Source: Botryllus schlosseri (taxonomy: Eukaryota). Taken from it: DNA of 64,000 bases. Below the pieces are notes generated by a model. That model saw nothing but the letters and a program-made list of their open reading frames with translations. It was not told the origin of the DNA and ran no database searches. Both the position numbers and the translations under genes were made by a program. Location: positions 11,408,001 to 11,472,000 of the forward strand of contig CM119383.1 of assembly GCA_051294905.1 (NCBI GenBank), read 5' to 3'. This document shows positions 50,276-62,900 of this stretch, piece after piece. Each line of letters opens with the position of its first letter. Positions within the stretch are counted from its first letter, which is position 1.

Positions 50276-50980
50276 ATGTGGAATTCCAGTATAAAGAAAG
50301 TGTTGGCATTGGTGCTTCAATATATATTGACGGCGCCCAACGATGCAAATATCTAACTCCAATGTACTCCCAATTACTAAGAGACGGGCTAATCAGACTA
50401 TGCACAGTACCGTTGTCAACACATATCTTAACATCCCTTGTTTCCGTTAGCCAAGGCAGACAAGTATTTTCACCGTTTGCTTCAATTTTGCTGTCTCGCT
50501 GTTGAACTAGACATATTTATATTAATGGCAAATTCAGCAGGTTCTAAATTCTTCCAGTATTATCTTTTATCAGTACTGTACATCTCATTATTAACAGTTG
50601 CGGGATTGGGAATTTATTCATGCCTTGTCAAGATGTTAAAATCTTTTTTTTTGTCGTGAATCTTTCCTTGTGTCGAAATTGTCACTGACCCTCCCAGCAC
50701 ATCAGCCTTGAATATCGTTACCATTAAATAATCTCTTACACGCCAATAATTCCATACATGTCTCTACAGACGACAGACGCCTCGTGCATCAGATTTAATG
50801 TGAGACGGGCTATTGAATGAAAAACTGCTACACCTCAATGTTTTATTGTCAGTTCCATCACCTTGCAAAGTATTCTATTTTGACTTGCATCTATGAATAT
50901 GATCATCGTCGCAGATTTTGTGCGATTCCGACGTTTCTTTGCACTAACAGTCGACAAAGAATAAATTACACGTACCATAC

Positions 50981-53900
50981 TTTCGAGCTTTTCCAATAGA
51001 TTCTCGTCCAGCTTTTCGCTAGTCTCAGCATCAGGCTGTCTCTTTTCGTCGTGAAACTAGGCAGAGAAGAGAAAACATTTGTGAACAGGCGCAGGCCAGT
51101 AATATTTGGTAAGCGTAATTAGACGAGTCAAAACCTAATCAGTTTACTTCTCGGTTTGAAAAACCGACTCGTGGTACAGAACTTGAAAAATTAATCATAA
51201 ATAATAGAATCTTCATCACAAAATCTTTCTTTACATTCTTTAAAGCTTTCTGATTGACTTCTTGAAACTGGTAGTACGATATAAATTATTACCACGTCAT
51301 ATTACTGTATCAGCTGTCAAAATAGCGACACAGCTTGGCATACAAAATGAAAAAAGTGAAGAATTGCGATTCGATTGGAGAACATTAAATGCCGTTTCAA
51401 TTTCGTTATTTGCATTTATTTACCTTTGTATTGACGATTGCTGAGCTAGTTGCTGAGTGTCAATCGAACAGCTTTGAAGAATGTAAAGAAATATATTGTG
51501 ATGAACATTCTATTGCACGTATATCTCAGAACTCCCGTGAAGCAAATTCAAAAAGTGCATTTGGTTAAGGGGCCGGATACATTTACCAGTTCATCGAAGG
51601 TGGCTACTTTTGACACTGCAATACGTTGGTTCGGAACAAACCCAAAACAAATAATGGCTCTACAAACAGGTGCAATCTTAGAAAATATATTCCTTTACTA
51701 TGATACAGGGGGCAGGGGCTATTTCACGCAGTTCTCATGATGATTTCGTTCTTAAAAGTGATGCAAAATGCCAATTGTGAAAAGTAGGAAGCTTTGCCTA
51801 AAATATTATTCAACTGTAAGTGGAAGTGCAAACACTTGAGTTACTAGTGCAAGTAGGCAAAAATACTCAATACTAAAGAGTACAATTACTTTGTGCCTGA
51901 CCAGTTGTGCGGCCATTGTATGTTGATATCAACAGGTGCGTAGTAATAAAAAAATACTCTAGTCATTTATTTGTTCTCAAACGGGGGCCGCAAAGAATTT
52001 TCAGGGGGTCCGCAAAGCCTCGGAATTTGCAAAATGGTGGATAACCTGATTTGTATTTTTTTTTAATTGGAGAAATCATGAGGCAGTTTCGCTCCGTAAC
52101 TGCTACAACTTCAGAACTCACATAAATAGTACGGCTATATGAGTTTGAACATTTTACTGTGAAAACTCATTTTAATCGCCAAATTGCCAATAGGTATACA
52201 AAGTTACAAACATATCGCTGTTTAGAGATTATGTTTTGTTGGCGTTTTGGAAAAAAAATTGTTTTTCTCCTGTGATAAACCGCCATTTCAGAAAAACTTC
52301 AAGATGAGCTGCTGATAGAAATAACCAGACTGAACGTTATATGTTCATTAAAGACATGTTTCTCAATTTTGGTGCCATATATGTTGCGATCATATGCAAA
52401 TCAGTCGTTAGAAGCGTTAGGGGTTATTTCTACATTCGCCACCACCTATCTTTGTGGAAAGGCGTTTTCGGAACTCCTTCAATCTAAAATCGACGGCGCG
52501 GATTTTCAAGACACGACCGCGTATATCAAGAAATGCGGCTACATAATTCGCTTTGAAATACTAAAAGACTTCCTAATTTCTAGCTAAGTAATATGTTATT
52601 TTCAAGAAAACTCATTTTGTTGCGTTCATCAGTAGCCTACAATTACTATTTACCCAAGACAGATGACGATTGCACGAAAATTGAGCAAAATTTGAACTAA
52701 AACTGTGGGGGTGTCCGCGAAGACAAAAAGGTTGAGAACCACTGTTACAAACGCTTGCCTTATAGTAAGTACAATCAGAAGAGTAAATGACGGTACGAGC
52801 TCATAGCAGTTGAAAACATCCTGTCATACCTTTACGCTGACATCAGCTGGTATCAATCTTTGCCTTTCTGCATTACCAGAAGAGCGTCTTGATTTCTTTA
52901 CGATGCGCTATGGAAGAAATATAACAATGGAAGCAGTACAATGTCGTCCGACGGAATATCGAACAATCAGAATTGATAAATATCATGAATGTTATGACCA
53001 TGACAGTATTATTGGTCACTTAATCATCATATTTCATCATTTCAGTCATGATGTGAAGCTTGAAGTCAGGATTTCAGTGGTTTAAAATTTTTGGATATAT
53101 ACTTATAACTAGGGCGAGTCAAAATTAGGTCAAAATTGTAGTGTTAGGTTTAAAAATGTCAAAATTGTTTACAAAGTCAAACCTTTTTTGCATCCTGCAT
53201 TTTGTTTGTATCTTAGATTTTGCACTGTCAGTGAACTTATCATTTGACATTTTACAGCTTGTCTGCTCATTGTGAATCATAAACATTCAAATGGAATAAA
53301 TAGTTTGGCATGGTGTTATGTTCAACGTACCACAATATCCCAACTGAAGCAAGACTGCTTGGGCTTGCAGGGTTCTTATATCAAAAAGAGCATGATGAAA
53401 AATTGTGATGTAGACGCCATTGCCAGAATGAAGCAACACGGTTTGTCACCAGCAGTGTACGCACAACTTCAGTGTTGTCAGCCAACAACTGCTGCTGTTG
53501 AACGTTCTTTCTCCATTCTTGGCAAGCTATTCAGTAAGGACAGACACTTTCTACCCGAGAATGTAGGGAAATATCTTTCGTTATACTACAAAATTTCTAA
53601 TTATTTCTACCATAATGCATACTGTAACTACTGGAATTCTTCATAGGGCCAGATTTCGTTAAAATAAAGTTTTTTTATGCAAAAATTTGTCAGTTTTTGA
53701 TGCAAAAAAGTTTTTTCAGGCAAAACTACTTTGTAAAGGACAGAAAGAATTCCAACCAGAAATAAAGATAAGTAGTACAATTCTAACGTTTTGTAGGAAA
53801 ACACCTAATTTGCATACGTTAGGTAAAATTTGGTCAAGATTAAGATTGTTAAGGTCAAAAAGTGCCAAAATTTTGATTTTTTAGGTCAAAATCTTTCGTT

Positions 53901-56900
53901 TTTTAGGTAAAAAAAAACGCCCTACTTATTACAATATAAATACCCGAATCGATGGCGGTTGCCCAGTGTTGTCTGACGATTTCTTCCTCTGGTTTGCTTT
54001 CAAAGATTCTACGGCAAACGCGGCGTTCATTCCGCTCTTGAGCATTCGTTTCGATTTCATGTTTTTATTCGCAGATCTGAGAGAGAAAGACTTGATAATA
54101 ACCCTAATGACAAATGCCAGGAAATGCATAATAAAATAGTTGCAAGTTAGAGATATGCTGTTTGGTGTTTGTATCTAGTATTACGTGACAACTTTAATAT
54201 AGGCATGAGTAAAGTAATGGTTGAACGGTCCACTAATAGTTCCTCAACACTGGCTGATGCAGTGTTTGATTGACTCGAGTCATGACTTGACTTGACTCGA
54301 GTCACCTCAAAAAATCGAAACGGCTTGACTTGATTCGAGTCGCCATCAAAAATCGATTGACTTGACTTGACTCGAGTCAAAACGTGCAATGACTCGAGAT
54401 CACCTGTGACTCAAAGGTAGTGACTTGATCCCAGCACTCGACCTTCATTTATCTAGCCTTACTGATCCCATAACACTCTTGTCCAAATTCAGAACCAATG
54501 GCAGTCTAATAGTAAAATAAACGCGTCCTTGACCAGTAGGCCCACTGCTAACTCTCGTGTCAGATACTAGAACTAAGTAGAGAAAGAACTTACTGAGTTG
54601 AAGGCAGGAATAACAGGATGTGTTGCGTGAAGAATACCAGCAGAGTTCGCAGCAGAATTATATTTAAAATCTTCTAGGTTTCAAGTAGGCAGTGAAATCG
54701 TTTTGTATGGTTCTGACAACATTGTGGCGTTACCAGTTAACTAGGAGGCAAATACAATGGATTGACCCAAATTGCTATGATGTCGACCAAAATCCTAGCC
54801 TGGATTTTATTCTAGGTTCATTTTACAAATTTCCCTCCAATAGACTTAAAAGTAAAAGAACAAAACCCCCATATCGCTCATGTAACCTTGATGCAGTTCC
54901 GTTCTCTTCACGAATCTCCTCAAATTTCGGTTCTTGGCCCTTCTTCATCTTCTTATAAGCTTTAGCGACCAGCACTGCGGTGCCCAGATTCTTCCCCAAG
55001 TCAAACTCATCACCTTCCTTCAAGAAGATAAGAATTGAGAAATCTGTACTCTCACGACACTGCAATGGACACTGGACAGTCAATATCCACTAAGGACCCT
55101 AACTATGAAGCACGGCAAGCAATAGCGTGCTCCATCAAAAATCGTATTCCACAAAGTCTCAAAAACTAGGTTCAAATATAATATTGCTGGCAGCAGGGTT
55201 TCGTGGCAGTCCACACAGAAAGTCTACACACCATTAAATCAATCATAAACTATTGGCAATCTTGAAGTTCCTGATACAGGGTTGGCATTCAACAGACATC
55301 AGCTAATCGACAATGCTGCCTAGAGAATGAAGTAAATATCCAACAACAGCATTATTCAAGTAGTTGCCATAACAGATAATACAATTCCTATGCACACAAT
55401 GCTTACATTTCAAGCAATTGAAGTGTCTCTTATTACTATCAAGTTGTTGGACGCCATTGTAGATGGAAGCATGTGTGAAGTTAATCAAGGAAGCAAAAAA
55501 GACCCGATTTCGGCACATGAAGAACAAAGCAAAGAACACACAAGTAGTTCTAAATTGATTCGAACAAACATTGTGACACTTTATTTCACAGGCTTTCTAC
55601 AGCAATGAAGTATGACATAGGATCCCAGTAAGTGTGCCGGTGTTTGCTTTTTTGCCATCGGAAAGATTACAGGTTTGTGTTAGGATGACAAATTTTCACA
55701 GTAAAAATAGCTTTGAGCCAGGAAAAACTAGTAATTATGAGACACAGCAGAGCTCAGAAGTAGAACATCATGTCCAACTTACAAAGAAAATTTGATGGAC
55801 ATACGAAGTACAGAGTTTTTATACCATGGGTAATTTGCTTATTAATGACTTTGGGCATTTTCGAATTTTAACAGGGTTGTAATCAAGTCACAAGGCTCCG
55901 AGTCACAAGTCAATCTCACTTTTATAGTTTTGACTCGAGTCAAGTCGAGTCATTTTCAATTCACCACCGAGTCAAGTCCGAGTCTAAAGGGTCGAGTACG
56001 AGTCATTGGATTATGACTCGAGTCCGAGTCCAAGTCATTATGTTGACTGCTCAGTTTCCAGTTTAGGTCTTGTTAAACACCATTTTTATGACTTTTTTGG
56101 TGATATCGAATGATTCGCATTTATAATATGCTGATTTTCCTCACTTTAAGCAGATTCTGGTCGCGTTTTTAAGTACCAGTAGCAACAGACGAAATCCCAA
56201 TAGGGTGGTTACTTTACTATTCTTTGAAATTACCATGAAATGTCGGTCTCGGCCGTCTAAGTCTCGAGTCATATGACTGGGTTCGAGCCATGCGCAATGA
56301 CTCGAGTCCAAGTCGAGTCAATACACAGATTGACTCGAGTCGAGTCGAGTCATTTCCGTATTTTGAAAAAATGACTCGAGTCAAGTCGAGTCATCAGAAA
56401 ATCGTGACTCGAGTCATTACAGCCCTGAATTTTAAGTTCAATATAGCTGTTTAACTTGAGTCGTGTTCGCGTAGTGATAGCGAGGCATTCAACATAGCTA
56501 TCTTGAAAGACGCGTTATTATGTTGCTAGCTGTTTTGTTTGTGTGGTTCAGAAATCCAGAATATCGAAGACAATGACACATTACCTCAGTCTGATTCAAC
56601 ATATCGATGTCATCATCCAAGTCTTCAACAAAGAGGTCGTCCGTCTCTTCTTCGAGGTACGAAACAACGCTTTCGGAAGGAGTCGGCCCTGGCGAATCCC
56701 CGAATTCAGGCATAAGGTCATTCTGGTCATACACTGAAACAAACGGTAACATCATCCAAGGGCTGTCCGTGTTGTCAAAATTCTAATCAGCAATCGGCAC
56801 CGTCGATAGATCTTGCGCTCAACAAGGCACGGGACTTGATCCTGAACAAACTGTCGATGGTTTTGAAGGAGGAAACCGAAGAGGACGGAGAGAGATAGGT

Positions 56901-59900
56901 TTCAGTCATCGCTCGAGCCATTTCCGACGAGCACTCAGAATCTACCACCTGCAATGGCACGCGACAGAAATAAACATGTTGATCATCAATAAACTACTGA
57001 ATTTTGACACAAACAGAATGAAATGAGCAAACCACGATTCGTATTGTGTGTAGAACAAAGGCAGTCTTGAGTAAGGGATCTGTCAAGATGTGGCTTGAAA
57101 TGCGACCACCAGAAGTCTATAAGGTTGTCATCGTAGGTACTCATGCAGAAGTAGAAATAACGCCATAAATTTCTACTCACTTACAAGTAGAAGTAGCGGT
57201 CTTGTCAAAAAATGAAGATTGGAAAAGCAGTCTAGTAGTTTTAAAAAGTAATTTTGGCTAGAAGGAAGGAAAGGACGTAGTTTATTTTTGTGGCATATAT
57301 ATGCACCTGATCTGTGTATGTAGGTATATTAGGGCGGTTCAAAAAAAACTTTTTTCCCCAAATCTTGCTGGCTCCGTGATTAAATCGTTAGGTTGCCTTA
57401 AAAAACGACGCACACCAAATTTGAATTCATTCCAACCAATAATCGCGGATTCCGTAGAGTTTCAAAATTTTGAGTTCGGGGATTATCCTTGATTGGTGGA
57501 TAATCAAGAATTATCATAAAAAAACTCAAATAACTCAGCTTCTACGGGCTGGAATTGAGTCAGATTTGTTTTGTATCGTTTTTGAAGACAGCGCAACAAT
57601 TTCATGGGGTTGACAGAAAAATTTGAAAAAAATTTTTTTGCATTTTTGGGTTAACTCAAAATTTTCAAACTCTACGAAATCCGCGATTATTGGCTGGAAT
57701 GAATTCAAATTTGGTGTGCATCGTTTTTCAAGTCAACCTAACGATTTAATCACGGAGCCAGCAAGATTCCGGAAAGAAGGTTTTTTTTTTAACAGCCCTA
57801 ATGTATATGCATACCATGAGTGCATGATGTTAAAATGCCGCTGGACAAGGAAGGTGCAGATATAGCCTTGTATGGCTTTCTAAGTCTTGCATCACCCATC
57901 CATGATATTCCAGTAATCCATGAGCGCCTAACGTGGAAGTCATCGATAACAGTGTTACGTTACTAATCAGGTCTTTGGTCTGACCCGGCCGGGATCAAAC
58001 CCACGACCTACCGATCAAGAAGCCGGACGCTTCACCATTACGTTATCTTTTCGGAGAGACATCGCATGCTTCGAAGGCGACTACTTTTCAAATTACAGGG
58101 CATATCTTCACGACCAACGCAAAATGACTAAGGCCACCGCATATTGGTGCTATTTTCAAAAATATATTCAGTTACCGTCATACAGGGGCCCAGTCGTTAT
58201 GACAGTTTCACTCAAAAACATGATGAAAACGTATCCCTTAACTACTTTTACTATATTACAGCCTAAAAAGCAATTAGTTTTGCCAAACTAACTGTTAAGA
58301 AGAAGTCGAAGTATTCAAAAGACATGACCACTTTATTAACTACACGAGTACTCTGAAAAAGTAAAAATAATTTGTTACTGCCTATCTCTCGCAACCTGTA
58401 TGTCTATGTCACATGAATATCCGTTCGAATAAGGCAATCTACCACTAAGCACGCAGTAATCGTCAAAAATAAATTAACAATAATATCGATGGTTAATAGA
58501 TGGCTTCTGATCAAATGTGCAACACGATATCTATGTCAGACTGAATTTTTCAAAATGAGATTTGTCAGGCTGTGCTGAAGATACAGCCTAGACTTGATTT
58601 CACTTTAGTTTAGGTAGCATGTTTTGACTACATTCAATCTACACGCGCATTGGAAACGATTGAAAAGTCAGTAGCTTCCTGTACCTTGATCAAGTCACGT
58701 CTTTTGGTAGCACTATGCCAGAACGATAGACATGTTCAGTATTCAGTCAAAGAGTTCCAAGAGCAAGATATCTAGTATCAGCCAATTTTACCTCTTGATC
58801 TTGCTTGACTTCAACATCCATTATTTTTCCATCGCCGTTTTGATCGGTCGCAACGAACCCATAGGGAACAAGATATTGTTTCATAGTGATGGCGCTAGGC
58901 GCATGTCTTCGTTTGATGAGCGATTCGTAACGAACAGCGGGGTCCTCATAGATATCGGAGTCTAAGGAATTAAGATTGTTTGAATATGTCAGAAACATAC
59001 TTCCATATCAATCATAATATTCATTCTAAGAATTATGGATCAACTCTTGAAGAAAAATGAACCAGAAAGTTAAGTCAAATGCTAGTCTTTGAGCAAAGTC
59101 TTTGACTCCAAAGCCATTAAATTACCGCATTCTCCATATCTAGAAAGAGTTTATACCAAAACTGGGTTTGACTTGATTACACGATGAAGGATCAAAAATC
59201 AAAAGTTCCTTCAATACCTAGCGAGACACAATAGTAGGAGTAATAGCTAAATTGAGTGAAAGAATTGCGTATTTTCACCCATTTCAAAGTGCTGTACCTG
59301 GTTTTTTCGATATCGTCATATCTGCTAATTCCATTGCATTATGTCTTGTGTATCGCATGGTACATGGAGTAGCTTGGGCGAGTGAGAATAAAAGAACCAC
59401 TGATTATTATGATCCATAGCTTGAGTGACAGAAATAGGAGTTGTTCCGAGCGGCACATTAACACGCTCTCTTAAATCATTGATTCTAATCTCAAACTCAA
59501 ACGTAACTCCAACCTAACCCAACTCGAATTATTTGTCACCCAAATGACCATCAACGATTTAGTGTAAACTTAAATTAATATGTGACACTAGTCCATTATC
59601 ATTTGTCCCTTAGATGAGGAGTCACTCAGTTCGGTGTCTACCATCACTGAGATATTTTAATAAGATGAACAATCTTACCCGTCTCCCACTTGTCTCCATC
59701 TCCATCCTGCTCATATTTGAATCCGAGCGTTTTGTGATGGATCGAAAAGAGCTGATGCTTCCAGCCCAAGATCAAATCCGCGTTGTCGTTGAGAAAACTG
59801 CAGCACGTTAGGTTCTCTCCCAGTCTCACATCGGCGAGCAGGACTTTTTCAAGGTTCCATATCTTGATCACGCCGTCAGCACTACGGAATTAAGGAGATA

Positions 59901-62900
59901 ATCATCCTCTACCTACTTATTTTGTTCCTCTGCATCACTAGTACCCAGTAACTCGAAGTGATAATTACAATACGAGTTGGTTGAGTTACTAACAGGAGAG
60001 GTATGTAGTGCTGTAATCTGCTTTTTCGTGTAAACAAGAAGCTTTACAATACTTCCTTCTCTATTCGGAGGGCATTAGTTTTAGAACATTTCAACTAAGC
60101 CTGCAACAGTTGATCGAGCAGAACTACTGAAATGAATAAATTTCTAATTCTGTCAAATAAGGATTGATTTTGGGTGATTTGATATCGTCAAATCATAACT
60201 GTCAGAGAGAGACTACGGTCCTGGTGAATTTCTAAATTGATCCTTTTCCAGTGATTTATTAGTGGTTCTGTATTAGTGGAAGAGGCGCATTCTGGAATTT
60301 GAATAGTTGCAGGCGTTGATATTTGCCAAGAAATATATAGCGTGCATCCGAATAGGTTTTTCAAACTAATTGAATTTCAAACGAGGTTTGTTTGAGTCGT
60401 CTTGGAAATTCCCGCTTCTACTACTGAGAGAGAGATTGCTACAGCTGGTCAGGGATCAGTGTCTTGGCTGAAGTTTCATGCCCAATCTGATACAACCATC
60501 TCATTTACCCGAGATTGGGACTGGCTTGCTAGCGGCTGGGATACTAGAGGCCTCTATTGGCGATCGAACACAAAACCTCAGATTTGCGAGTCCAGAGCTC
60601 TGACCACTGAGCTACTCTTGATAGTACTTCAGTAACAACTGACAGCATTACTTTTACTAAAGAAGCACCAGCGACTACTTTCATCACATCTGGATTTACC
60701 CATTGAAAGCACAAGCACATGCATTCTTAGAAGATCAGCTCAACGTGCCGTGAGGTGAAACACCCTAGGGAATGCAATGTCAGCAAAATATGTGGGCCAG
60801 TCTACGGCCACCTGAATTAACATTACATGCACCACAACTTTGCAATTCAATTAAATTATCACTGAGCATTAGAAAGCAGCATGCAGATGTAGCGATAAAT
60901 GTGAGTTATACCAGCTTGATGTCAATGAGTGACTGCACTTATCCACAAGAAATCAACCACTATATCGAGTCGTAATGATGTGACAAAAATGAAAATTGAT
61001 AAGTCACCAGTCTCAGACAGAGATAACTAATAAATGGTAATGAGGGCTACCAAAAGTTATATCTTTTACCACCGCATTTAAAAAGAAACATGGTACGAAA
61101 TATACACGATCATTCAATGATAACAACAACCAGCAAGTGACTACATATTCGATTTTACAGCCTTATGTTTCGATAGCCTGCCAGTAACTTTGACAAACAA
61201 ATTAATGATGATAATTACAATGATGCATGCTGTTCGGATGTTTACCTGCAGTTCGGGATAGATAATTCTGAAAATAGGTGGCGAAATTGTAAAGAGAACT
61301 GTAGATTTATAATAGCAGAATGTAATTAAACAAGTGGCAAGATGTGTATAACACTTTGAGTTATGTGTAAGGTGAGGTGTGTTATCAAGAAAAATTAGAA
61401 GTTAGTAAATACAGTATTCGAAATCAATACTCAAGTCGGGCATCCTATTACAAGTCATTTTACGCTACCAATCTGCATTCATATTTTGACTGACTTATTC
61501 CAGACTCAGCCTTATAAATCATGGCATAAATCTATTCTTTTTCGCCACCCTCTGCCAGTCAGAATGACTCCAAAAACGGACAATGTTGAGAACTACTGAC
61601 ATGAACCATTTCATTCCCTAAATATCATACCTTAGAAACGCCAATCACTGGAAGTTTTGAACCAGTGTCAACATAACGATGACACGTTAGAAGCCAATGT
61701 GAAACACACAATCGAACTCTTGACATTGTTTTGAATTTAGACACTAGGCTTATCCTATCATAATTTGAACCACTAAACATATTTTGGGTGCAAAGGTTGT
61801 CAGTAACGTGTTACTTCTACTTTTCGTGTAGCTTACATACCTTTCATTTTCTACTCCCACAAGAAGTATAGTTTTGTCATGGCTTGAACGTCTACTTGTA
61901 ATATTTTTACTTGAATAATAGCTATTTTGACCACCTGTTCGGGTATTCATTTCTGTTGATTAAACAAATACAGTATCTGGCAACAGACTGAATAAAAGAG
62001 GCCATGCTACCAAACGAGATTCACAAAACTACAGGAAAATACCTGCTAGAGCAGAAAATCATTCGTTTCTTGCATGGCTTTACGCTTAGGATTCTGTCCC
62101 GGTGTTCAGGGCGCTTGTCTTTCCAATCTGTCTTCACATGGTCGCAATCCTCCAAACGGTGCATGGTGACGTGCCCAGTGGCATGGCCGGTAATAAGGAA
62201 TTTGTTGGCAACAGTGTAGCAGGTGGGTGGTAAGCTCGTGTTGACGGTGTGTTGGAGTTCAATTGCGGGTAGAGACCAAATCTGAAAATTACAGTCGAAT
62301 TGATGTATTGAATCGTACTTGATTTTATTGATTGTGGGCTAGGTTGGTTATAGAGTGTACCACGGGCACGATATAACAATATTTTTATCATATTAACACG
62401 AAGTATTGGGAAATAACCCAGAGGTGGTGTTTTAGTTTAGAAGAAGCAGGCATCTCTAAGATATAGCATTACAAAATGAAGATTTTAAAGTACTCAAGTC
62501 GAGACGTTCCATACATTTAGAAACCGGTCGAAGTTGGCTACTTTCAAGATTGCAGGGTGCATCTTCACGACCAAAAAAAAATTGACTAATACCACGACAA
62601 ATTGGTTCAATTTTCGGAAAGATACTCAGTTACCTTGATACGTGGGCTATTTCCGCAAGTTGTTATGACAATTTCATAAACCTGATGAAAACATATCCCA
62701 AATCTATTTTCTATAAAATGCAAAGTCCATTGAGTAAGTAGTTTTACCTAAAAAACCTTCAAGTACAAGTATAAGTACCGTAATTTTCCGAATATAGTGC
62801 GTCCCCATGTATAATACGCACCCTTAAAATGACGTGCATATTCTGGGAAAAAGCCTGTACCCATGTATAGTACGCACCCTGCATTCGCAGTAAATGAGTA

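Noticed and set aside
49938-50405. 155-aa minus-strand ORF overlapping the GPCR last exon as the WD40 gene's terminal exon
   Set aside because: Trp/Cys-rich composition typical of an antisense shadow and no family motif. Not formally excluded, because a phase-2 acceptor exists near 50378.
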